The notes under the pieces: generated by a model
What the model was told of the DNA's origin: nothing
Databases searched by the model: none
Seen by the model: only the letters and a program-made list of their open reading frames with translations
Made by a program: the position numbers and the translations under genes
Source: Squalus acanthias
Taxonomy: Eukaryota
Assembly (NCBI GenBank): GCA_030390025.1
Contig: CM059432.1
Location: 152,832,001 to 152,896,000 of the forward strand
DNA length: 64,000 nucleotides
Reading direction: 5' to 3'
Shown here: piece after piece, positions 49,732 to 60,089 of the stretch
How the letters are laid out: every line of letters begins with the position of its first letter
Numbering within the stretch: position 1 is the stretch's first letter

Positions 49732-52109
49732 GCTCTCAGCTGGACAGCTCTAGTGTTGGAGGGTCCATGACTATCCTGCCAAACAGAAATGAACTTTTAA
49801 ATGCAGAAGTCACGATGTTAAATAAGCTGAATGAGAGACGGGACAGCACCACCAGTACCATTAGCTCCGCTTACATGAGCAGCCGCAGGTCTTCTGGCAT
49901 TTCACCATATCTTTCAAGTAGAAGGTCCAGTGAGGTCTCCCAGGCTGAAGGCCGACCAAACAACCTGAGTGTTACAGATTCCTATGATCCCATCTCAACG
50001 GATGCATCCAGGCGGTCAAGTGAAGCCAGCCAATGTGGTGGGCTACCTGGGCTACTGAGCCTTACTCCAGCACAGCATTATCGGCTGAAAGCCAAATATG
50101 CCGCAGCCACGGGTGGGCCACCACCAACTCCATTGCCAAATATGGAGCGGATGAGCTTAAAGACAAGGATGGCCCTATTAGGTGACTACAGAGACACTGG
50201 AGTATTTCCCTTGCCTCAAGTAAATGTTTCTCGAAGATGCAGTGACGGGGGTCCCAATGGATATGGCAGGAGGCCTTTGTTGCCTCACGATATACCAGGC
50301 AATGGAATAAGAAGAGCCAGTGATCCAGTGAGAACTGTGGCAGATCCTTTCTCTTTACCCCGGGTACATCGTTATAACAGTCTTAACAATGTTAACCCTC
50401 TCCCTGTGCCTCCTTCAATGGAACGACGTAATCTCAGTCTTCAGAACTACACTCGCTCTGATGGAAACCTCCATCGGAATACCTACTCCCCTTGCCCTCC
50501 TAGTATCAGTGAAAATGTTGCCCTGGAGGCCATTGCTATGGAGACCTATGGCCATATTGATGAGGATATCTTGCCAGATGATGTAGTTCAGTACATTAGC
50601 TCACAAAATAATAAAGCAGGCAATCACTTGCAGAGTGAAATAAATATGTCAAGCCAGAACATATATGATCATCTGCCAAACATGCTATCCAATGAAATAC
50701 AACAAGATATCATGGGAACCATGCCCGCTTTTGACCAGTCTCATTCAGCGAACCAGCAGTACCACAACCCGCAGGTAAACTCTGAAACAAATAAGGATGA
50801 TCTGCCAATTCAGTGGAATGAAGTAAGCTCAGGAAGTGTTGACATGTCACCTCAAAAACAAAAGTATGGGCAACAAGCTGTGGGTTCAGTGCAGCAAAGT
50901 CGTGCACTTGGACTGTTTACTAACACAATGAATCCTCAACAAAACCTGCCAACGGTTCAACAGAATGTATTTGCAGGTCAGCCAAATGGTTATCAACAGT
51001 GTATGGAAGTAGCTCCATATAGTGTTCAACAGAACATGATGATTGCAGGTAATTCTTTGAACCCCCAAACAAACAAAGGACAGCATCATAACCGAAACCT
51101 AAACAAACAGATGTTTATTTCTGCAGTCATGGAGTTCCCTTACGCTGCAAACGTACCAAACCAAGAGGTGGAGTTGAACAGTTTGCATGCCAATAACAGC
51201 CAAGACGGATCCACACTTTCTTCAATGCCAACAGGTCATCATCCCGCTAAGATGACTAGTGGGATGCAAAACAGAAATATGATGGTGCAGAATTTCATTC
51301 AGTGTCAGCAAGCTGTCAATCAGCAGATGATGGAAGGGTTACATTTCCATAGTATAAATAGGCCTGTTCAGGCGAACATCAGTGGTTCAGGCATTACTGG
51401 ATCAGGTAATCAGCCACCTCAAGCTGCTGTATTTCTAGGGCGCCAAGGTTCCCAACAAATTGCTCATAATCCAGGAAATCAACAGTTTGGATCATTTGCA
51501 GCAAAAGCTCATCAAATATATGCAAATCATAATGCCAACAAGCAGCCGAGTCTACTGAGGAATCGTGTGCCGCACCAGCATAGCAATGTAGATAATATTA
51601 ACCAAATGTACAGGATGACCAGTATTAAGACAGAGATGCAAGATCAACTCCAGGCCCAGCGCAGTTCGTGCTCCAATTTGCAGCATTATAGCGGCCAAGG
51701 TTATAACCAAAACTCTAACTTCAAACAACAAGCCATGAAAACTGTCTTATTCACTGGTCAGGAGACTGACTGCCAGCTGCAGCAGGCTGGCCATTCCAAG
51801 TCTTCTGAGCTGCTTTCCCCAGGTTCCAATCAAGTGACTAGCACTGTTGACAGCAATAGTCTAGATACTGTACAGATTGATTTTGATGCAATCCTTGATG
51901 ATGGAGACCATGGCAGCTTCATTTCAGGAGCCCTGAGTCCGAGCATTCTGCAAAATCTCTCCCAGACTTCTTCCCGCCTCAATACCCCACGCACCTCTCT
52001 CACATTCCATAGCATGCCTGTGAGCACTACAAATATGGCCATTGGCGACATGACCTCTTTGCTGACTTCGCTTGCAGAAGAAAGCAAATTCCTAACAGTT
52101 ATGCCATAA
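49732..52109 (+). CDS. GLI3: GLI3 terminal coding exon (PKA phospho-cluster, activator domain)
   Basis: Acceptor acAG|GC continues phase 1 from the previous exon. Open frame contains RRDS, RRSS x3, RRCS, RRAS, DSYDPIS, RLKAKYAAATGGPPPTPLP, DFDAILDDGDH and ends NMAIGDMTSLLTSLAEESKFLTVMP-TAA. Confidence 0.97.
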
Positions 52110-53475
52110 AGATCTGAAAAATGAACATATGGACAGGGTCCTTTTTTTTCTTTAGCCACCTATGTACTTTTTAACCATTTCATCCCAACTAAGGGATGCA
52201 TTCCATTACATCCCTGTTATGGGATAAAGATGTCTGAATTTAGGTGTCCCCACACACCATGCTTGGGAGAATGTATCTTCCACTGCAGAGACATTTTGAA
52301 ATTGAACAGCATCAGTGTTTTATTTTAATTTAGCAATTGTGTTTTTTTTACTCTGTTTACTGAAAAAAGAGCTGAGGTAAGTGTTTAATATGCATGTTTA
52401 GGACACTAAATAAGGCCAAACGTAAGCACTGTTTCCTGTAGTTATTGTAATGACCACAAGTCTTGTGCATTTTGTCAGATGTCAGCATTTTCACAAGTGA
52501 CGTTTTACCTTGCAGTAGGTTTTTATGAGTGACTGTGCTTGTGAAACTGTTGACTAATATGACCAGCTTCTTAATTGAAGCCAAGAAAAGTCTTTGACTC
52601 AGGTAGGTCTTTTAGTTGATATTAATAGTCTGTTGACCTACAGATGTTTTAAAGGTGATGTGAAGGCTTTGCAGCCAGAATGCTTGAGTGTTTTTCATTG
52701 GTGATGTTGAATCGAACAATTTTACTGTTTTAGCTTGTTTTATTTGTAATTTTTTTTGTTTTTGTTTCATTTTCTGTCAGGAAAGCCATAAGGAGGCAGG
52801 TACTAGTTTTAGAACATTTAATTTAGAGTTTGTTTGGCTCTATAGTACTGTATGCAATCTAAAGTAGCTGTGATCATTTCTAAGTTAGTTTAGTAAACTA
52901 GAATGTATTGGTTGTCCTTCATGAAAAGCAGCATGTTATTTGCTGATGTTTATAAGGTATGTGCCTTATTTTTTGTGTCAGTTTTACACATAGGGACCAA
53001 CGATACTGCCAAAATTCTGACTTGATAGCTGTGCTTGATGTTAAGCGATTAGCACTCTATTGTTTAGTATTTCCTGTTTGAGGTGTCACACAGACAGCTT
53101 AGAACTTGTGTATTAAAGCTTATTGATTCTCTGATTTAAAGACCTTTACCATTGTAGTGCGTCTTGTAAAATACACACACAGTACCTTCAATATTTTTCA
53201 GTATTTTTTAGATTTTTTTGGTGAAAACATTGATAAAGTGTAATCCTCTTAATGTAAATACCTACATGTAGAATTAGAACTGCCATGATGAATTTTACGA
53301 TGGCGTTGGCATTTTGAACACTGCCGAGACTTCATGCGACTTTCACTCAGACCGAACACTCTGTCGCAGTGTATGTATACATTGTACTTTCGCTTTCAGA
53401 ACCACTTAGCTGTTGTGCAACCGAGGAACAAATGTTTGTACAATTTTAATAAACTTCTCATTCTTAATTTTTGTA
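52110..53475 (+). other. GLI3: Probable GLI3 3'UTR
   Basis: AT-rich stretch with no recognised mobile element, between the stop codon and AATAAA (53448-53453). Cleavage site is estimated. Confidence 0.7.
53448..53453 (+). promoter_or_regulatory. Polyadenylation signal AATAAA
   Basis: TGTA upstream (tttgtacaattttAATAAA) and U/GU-rich sequence downstream (ttcttaatttttgtaagtccttcttttggtt). Confidence 0.7.
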
Positions 53476-53801
53476 AGTCCTTCTTTTGGTTATCTGCCCT
53501 TTTTAACTGGGACTGTGCGCTCCAGATACAGGAGCACGTGGTGACATTCTCCCTGTTGTGCATTTTGACATTAAAGATTTTAATTTATGTATTGTTGACT
53601 TAAAATGGGCTGGTTAGCAATAATGACTGAAAAGAGGCAGTCAGATTAGATTAATCTAGTTTCTGACTTGTTTAAACAAAATCTGCATAATTGGCCTGAT
53701 ACCACACTTCAAAAGTATCCATTGGTTGTAAAGGGCTCTGGGATGATCTGAGGATGTGAAAGGCGATATATAAATGCAAGTTGTTTCTTTAATAAGCAAA
53801 T

Positions 53802-55075
53802 GCCCTAAATTTCCTCCATTGTCTTCAGCACTTATGCCATTGTTACACCATTGTTGCACTGATAATATCGAGGAAATTAGCATTTTAGTGCATTACATCA
53901 TTTATGTGCCATTATTGCACTAAACGCAAATTTCCTCGATCTTTTTTATGGTGCAGATCTTACGCCCATCAAAGCCCTTGAAGGATTATTTGTATAGCTG
54001 CACTGTTCCAGTACATGGAAGTTTCCTGGGTTTATGCCTCTCCTGTAACTTTACACCCAAAAACAAAGGGTCTATCAGCTCCCCCCAGCACTTCAGACCA
54101 GTGTAAGTGAGGAGTTGGTGAGCTGAAGAGGTCACCAACTTTATTTACTGATTACAGACTTCCGAGGATTTTTTTAATAGCACTTTCCTGCGATTTTTAA
54201 ATCACTGGTACATACCCTTCATTTTACTGTAGTGCTTTCCACTCTTCCCAGAATTTTTTTTGGGGGCCCTTCACTTCCCCCAAACCCACACTCTGATTGA
54301 CTTCGGCCAAGGAATGGCTTTCCCCACGGGCACACTACTGTATGCCATCATAATGGAGGAGGAATGGCAGCAGCATCCAGGCCAGCGGAATCAGGCAGCA
54401 TGGCAGAGGGCAGCCGCCCACCAGGAACGGCTGTCCCCAACATATGTACAGGCCACAGCGGTCCGACAAGAATGCCTCCGAGGAGCTGTGCATCCTACAG
54501 CTGTGCCTCTCCAAGGATGCCATTAGGTACTGACATGAATCTTGTCATTCATGTGGAAATGACTTATGAAATAATACTGGGCGGCCTGCTGGTGGCGCTG
54601 TCCAGGGAGAGTATAAATACTCGGGCATGGGCCCAGCTTGCTCAGGACATTCTTTAACAGGAACTAGTGAAGGACACAACTAAACCTCCATGTTGAAAAA
54701 CAGTTGATTAAAGCTTTGTTTAACGCTTAGACCAAGTGCCTAGTAGTTTCTTATGTCAGGTACCTCTGCCAACTTCATCACAGAGATTTGCAGACTTGTG
54801 CCATTGCTGTGTCCTTGGCAATTAAAGTGACAACAGTCCTCAACTTCTTTGGCTCCTAATCCTTCCAGACTGCCACAGAGGATCTGTGCAACATTGACCA
54901 GGGAGCTGTCAGGGTTTGAATCTGGTAGGTGGCGGATGCCCTCTTTCATAGCGTAGCCAAATTCATCCACTTTGGTATCACCACCAGGCAGCAGAGGCAC
55001 AGAGCCAGGGCCTTCTCCTAGATAGCTGGATTCCCCACGGCGCAGGGTGCTACAATGGCACAGTTCTATTCTAAG
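53802..55075 (+). mobile_element. Degraded Harbinger transposase (HARBI1-like) remnant
   Basis: Hand translation ~54810-54900 VSLAIKVTTVLNFFGS*SFQTATEDLCNIDQ and ~55000-55055 RARAFS*IAGFPTAQGA; subterminal 12-bp inverted repeat at 53867-53940. Confidence 0.7.
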
Positions 55076-55516
55076 GACATCCAGCTCACCTGTGATGCAA
55101 AGCAGGCTCTGTCCTCACTCGCTGCTATATTGGGCATCAGAAGGCAGAGTCTGCAGGACGTCTTCATCAACTGATGGACCACAGTGGCAGCACTTCAGCC
55201 TTACCTTCTTCTCTACTCCCTACCAGATGACACCAAAGCAGATCTCTTTGGCCCAGCACGACCTTGCCAGGAATCTTCACATGTGAGAAGAAGTCCAAAC
55301 CTACTGAATCGTCTATTTCCTGACTTACTGCAATGTTCATCAATAATAAATCGTGAGACAAGTGCCCAGTGTATTTCAAAGAAAGCTTCTCTCTTATTGC
55401 AAGTAACAGAGAGGTCCCATTCCTTTTCACACCAAGCTGTTACTTCCTATCATTGCTTTTCCCCGAGCCATAGATTCCAGCCCTTAGTCATCATCAAAGC
55501 AAAAAAAATGAAACAT

Positions 55517-56995
55517 AGACCTAGAAATTGGTCGACTTACTGCCACCCGTTTGCGCCGCTATCCTGGCGAAAAATTGCGGCCGCTGCTCGAGCACCATTC
55601 TCTGGTGTGGGTCTCAGCGGCCGCCATTTTGGTGAGAGCCTTGGCGCTGCCAGTAGCAGCGCTGGCCCTGGAGATGTAAATGAAGAGAGCGTGACGTCAG
55701 TCGGCGTGCAACATCGCCATGACGCCACATCTCCAAACTTTGACCTTAGCGCTGAGTTCAACGCTGGGTCATAAGCGAGCGTTCAGCGACTGACGGACGC
55801 TGTCAGCATTTCTTAAAGGGACACACTCATCTTGCAATTAAGCTTTTGGTCTGGATTTTTTTTATTTTATTGAAGTAGTGGCTTGGTGCAATACATGTTA
55901 AAAGTTTTTTTAAGTGTGCAGCGATTGTTGCTGGATGCTTGCAAGGCCTCGGATGGTAAAGGAAGGCCTCTGAGAAGACAGAAAATGCTGGAAATACTCA
56001 GCAGGTCAGGCAGCATCCGTGGAGAGAGAAACGGAGTTCTCGTCTCAGGTCGAGATGCTGCCTGACCTGCTGAGTATTTCCAGCATTTTATGCTTTTATT
56101 ACAGATTCACAGCATCTGCTCGCAGAGGGAAGAGGAAGACGCAGAAGAGGAGAAAGCAGAAGGAAGGATGCAACCCAGAGAGCTCCTTTCTGGCCAGGAT
56201 ATCCGGGATGGAATCATCCGCCTGCGGTACCAGTGACCACAACCCCAATTCCCCTTTCAATATTTGTCCCACACCTTACCTTCCCTCTGTTACTGACCAT
56301 CACAGCGTCCTCTTGGCCACAATGCTGAAATAAAAGCCACCACAAAGCAAACTTTCCAATCCAACTTTATACATCTATCCATCCAATATGACATCAAGAA
56401 ATCAACTCATCACCCTTCTACATTCCCTTAGTTACTGTCTTGTGTGTGCCTTTGCCTATCCTACTGGCTGCAGTATGGCTGGTGCAAGGCTGTTGACTTT
56501 CAGTGGGGAAGACGGCAGATGGCCTTGCAGGTCGACCTTGAGGAGCTAATGGCTGGGAGTGTGAAATTGAGTGACGGTGTTTCGTGTTTCCTCTCTTTCT
56601 CTTTCTCCCTTCCCCCTCCCCCTCCCTCTTCTTGGTCAACCACTGGCTGGACAGGCTCCATTTCATGGGTGTGTGAAATGAGGAAGGCACAAGGGTGCAG
56701 TTGTGGTGAGGGGAGGGCGGGAAAGCAAGAGGTGCATGTGAGAAGGAGGATAATGTATGAGGATACCAGCATCTTCTATCCTTTCAGCCCCGCCGCTGGC
56801 CACGGGCTCAGCCATGCGGGAGACAGCTTTTGAAGATGCGTTCACTGACCTTGACCACTGGTCTGAGGTCGTGAAACCTCTCTGGGCACTGGAGCCAGAT
56901 CGTGGGGGCGACACTGCTGGCAGTGACTGCCTCTGTGATCTGGTCCCACATCCTTCTTTCTGGAGGGTCTTCTGGCCCGTGGCAGTGCAGCAGAG
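55517..56995. mobile_element. Second Harbinger-type remnant (acidic transposase-like C-terminus on +, Myb/SANT-like exon on - at ~56850-56990)
   Basis: Minus strand RRMWDQITEAVTASSVAPTIWLQCPERFHDLRPVVK followed by gtcagt. Subterminal gtgacgtcagtcggcgtg is similar to ~19252-19270. Confidence 0.65.
55982..56089. repeat. Perfect 36-bp inverted repeat made of two Penelope pLTR ends (36-nt spacer)
   Basis: aaaatgctggaaatactcagcaggtcaggcagcatc (55982-56017) is the exact reverse complement of 56054-56089. Confidence 0.92.
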
Positions 56996-56999
56996 CACA

Positions 57000-57822
57000 T
57001 CGGGAGAGCGGATTCAGAGGAAAGCAGGTATGTGATTGGTTGGTGAGTATTAACGTTTTTGTTCTCTAAGCTAGGACAGTGGTTTAAAGTAAGAGCGTGA
57101 AACTATAACCTACTTTATTAAAATAAAAACTTAACTAGATAAACTAATAAATATAACTATAAATAATCATTGAATAAAGATTTTAACTAATTAAATATCT
57201 AAAACAAGGTTAGACTAAGATACAGCAGAGCAGGTTGTGTGTCTGGACTGCAGTCTGTGGGAGTTTGTGGACAGCGAGACTGTCTCGAGCGAACACGTCT
57301 GCAGTCAATGTCTCTGTCTCGAATCTCTCTGGCTCAGAGTCATTGAGCTGGAGGGCGAGTTGGAGACACTCCGACACATAAGGGAGGGGAAGGAGTATCT
57401 GGACAGTTTGCTCCAGACTTCGGTCACACCAACCCCGTTCTGATCCTGCACCTTTCTACGAGGTGTGACCAAAGTCTGGATAGTGTGCAGAGTAAGGGGA
57501 ACCCAGGTAAGAAAGGGAACGAGGATCCACAGAAACTGATCCTATCCAACAGGTACAATGTACTTGCTACCTGTGAGAATAAGGACAGAGACTGTGGGAA
57601 GGACAGCCCGAATGTGGACCATGGCACTTTGGAGCAGGAGACTGTCCTAAGGGGGGAGGAGGAGAGGAAACGTAATGTGGTAGTTGGAGGAGATTCTATA
57701 ATTAGGGGGACAGATAGCATCCTTTGTAAGCAGGATCGAGAGTCCCACATGGTATGTTGCCTACCTGGTGCCAGGGTGAGGGACATCTCAAACCGGCTTG
57801 AAGGGATATGGGAGAGGGAGGG
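57000..57822 (+). mobile_element. CR1 5' region and ORF1 fragment (Cys-rich finger, coiled coil, SGNH-esterase start)
   Basis: CLDCSLWE...HVCSQC...LRVIELEGELETLR; LSNRYNVL; VVVGGDSIIRGTDSILC...VCCLPGARVRDIS. Confidence 0.85.
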
Positions 57823-57824
57823 GG

Positions 57825-58470
57825 GTGACCAAAAGGTTGGTCAAAGAGGTAGGTTTTAAGGAGCGTCTTAAAGGAGGAGAGAGGGGTAGAGAGGTGGAGA
57901 GGTTTAGGGAGGGAATTCCAGAGCTTAGGGCCAAGGCAGCTGAAGGCATGGTTGCCAATGGTGGAGCGATTAAAATCGGGGATGCACAAGAGGCCAGAAT
58001 TGGAGTAGCGCAGAGATCTCAAAGGCTTGTAGGGCTGGAGGAGGCTACAGAGATAGGAAGGGGTGAGACCATGGAGGGATTTGAAAACAAGGGTGAGAAT
58101 TTTAAAATGGAGGTGTTACCAGACTGGGAGCCAATGTAGGTCAGCGAGAACAGGGGTGATGGATAAACGGGACTTGGCGTGAGTTAGGATACAATGCAGA
58201 GTTTTTGATGAGCTCAAGTTTATGTAGGGTGGAAGATGGGAGGCCAGCCAGGAGAGCAGTGGAATAATCAAGTCTAGAGGTCACAAAGGCATGGATGAGG
58301 GTTTCAGCATTTGATGAGTTGAGACAGTCCCACCCAGCTGGACAACTGAGGAGAGGCATTGCAGGAGGATGGTGTGGTCAACCGTGTCAAAGGCTGCAGA
58401 CAGGTCGAGAAGGACGAGGAGAGATAGTTTACCAAGGTCACAGTCACATAGGACATCATTTGTGACTTTA
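57825..58470 (-). mobile_element. L2 LINE fragments
   Basis: LLVLLDLSAAFDTVDHTILL; AETLIHAFVTSRLDYS.ALLAGLP; AFSCLGPKLWNSLP...FKTLLKTYLF. Confidence 0.88.
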
Positions 58471-58919
58471 ATAATGGCCGGGAAGCCTGCAGGGCGGGGC
58501 TTAACAAGGCCAATCAAGGGAAAATCCCTTTGACAGAGCGGCTGCAGCCGGGAGCAGGACCGGAACCCAGCAAACAGTTATCCCGCCACCATCCCGACAC
58601 CGCTGAGAAAATCCAGCCCAATGCATCCTCTCTTTAAGAGGAATAATGTTAGTCTGTGGAGTATCACATTCCGATCACGGAGTGTGGATATGGGTTTAGG
58701 ATGTGACCTCATTGTCCAACCTGTTTTCCTCAATCTAGAGAACAAACTCCTACGAGTAGTAGAAGGGTCCCTACATAATGTGATGGACTATGTTTTCACT
58801 CATCTCGAATCCTGTGGTCACATGGGACAATTGCAAATCTTTTCCTATTCTGACCACTATTCTTAAAGCCATGGTGGTGTCTTATGGTAGGAATTTACAT
58901 GATTGGAATTGGTTATTTT

Positions 58920-59386
58920 GGTGTCAGCCGTGGCTCAGTGGGCAGCACTCTCACCTCTGAGTCAGAAGGTTGTGGTTTCAAGTTTCACTCCAGAGGCTTA
59001 AGCATAAAAATCTAGGCTAGCACTTCGTTGCAGTACTGAGGGAGTGCTGCACTGTCAGAGGTGCCCTCTTTAGGATGAGATGATAAACCGAGACCCCGAC
59101 TGCCCTCTCAGGTGGATGTAAAGGATTGCACGGCACTATTCGAAGAACAACAGGGGAGCTCTCCCAGTGTCCGGCCAACACATCCCTCAGCCAAAACCGA
59201 AAAATGAAACATGATCTGGTCATTGGTTTGATTGCTGTCTGTGGGAGCTTGCTGTGCACAAATTGGCTGCCACATTTCTTACATTACAAGAGTGACTACA
59301 CTTCAAAAGTATTTAATTGGCTGGAAAGCGCTTTGGGACGTCCTGAAGTTGTGAAAGGCACTAGAAAAATGCAAGTCTTTCTTTCT
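58920..59386 (+). mobile_element. Deu-domain tRNA SINE, full length
   Basis: A-box TGGCTCAGTGG at 58931; core ggatgaga..taaaccgag.cccc..ctgccctctcaggtggatgtaaa; tail aaatgcaagtctttctttc. Confidence 0.85.
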
Positions 59387-59525
59387 ATCTGGCCTGCCTT
59401 TCCTTTAGAGAACCAGGTTAAATACTGGCCAGAACAAAATAGCAGAACTCATTTTTAGCACAGTAAATCCCCTGTAGGGTTAACGGGAGAACCACAGCAT
59501 TGTGGCCCATATAGAACAAAGATTA

Positions 59526-60089
59526 GGGGCTCAAAGTTCGGCAACGCTAAAAACCTGCCGTTGTCATCGTGGGCCGGTGTTAATGGGCGCCGAAAATGGT
59601 GGCGCTGTGGAACCGGTAAATTGGCGCTGGGGACTAATTAACATTATCCCAGCGCTTAACTCACCGTGCAACGCCGTCCTGATGGCGTTGGTCCCGGCAG
59701 GAGGCCCCGATGTAGCGTGGCCGCAGCGTCACTGCAGCAAGAGCAGCCTGCTCTGAAAGCGAGGCTGTCATTTCAGAAAGCAGTTCAGTCTCTTAAAAGG
59801 GAACTGCCTTCTGAAATGAAAAAGATAAAAATCATGTACAAATAGGCAGTTTTTAGCCCTTACAGCTCAACTGCCTTCTGAAAAAAAAATTAACATTAAA
59901 AATAATTGCCAAATGGGAGTCTTCAGCTCTTAAAGCTGAATTCCCTGCCGCACCTAAAAAAATGGGCAAAGTGCTTCAGCACCGACACAAATGGTTCATC
60001 GCCAGGGAAGGGGCACCCAGGGTCTCGCACGCAGCACTCCAGCTTTGTGCAGAGGGTCAACACTCCAAGAGAGGTTCTCTACCCACAGC
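59526..60089 (+). mobile_element. Harbinger-like element end with the start of a Myb-like ORF, cut off by the adjacent CR1
   Basis: GGGGCTCAAAGTTC terminus, GC-rich subterminal region. Frameshifted REGAPRVSHAALQ / FVQRVNTPREVLYP resembles APPRFSDDSL..REVLFP of the 42161 element. Confidence 0.5.

Noticed and set aside
58920..58995. tRNA genes at SINE heads (also ~28270, ~38310, ~18420)
   Set aside because: A/B-box-like motifs continue into the SINE body or are isolated degenerate heads; no clean cloverleaf.
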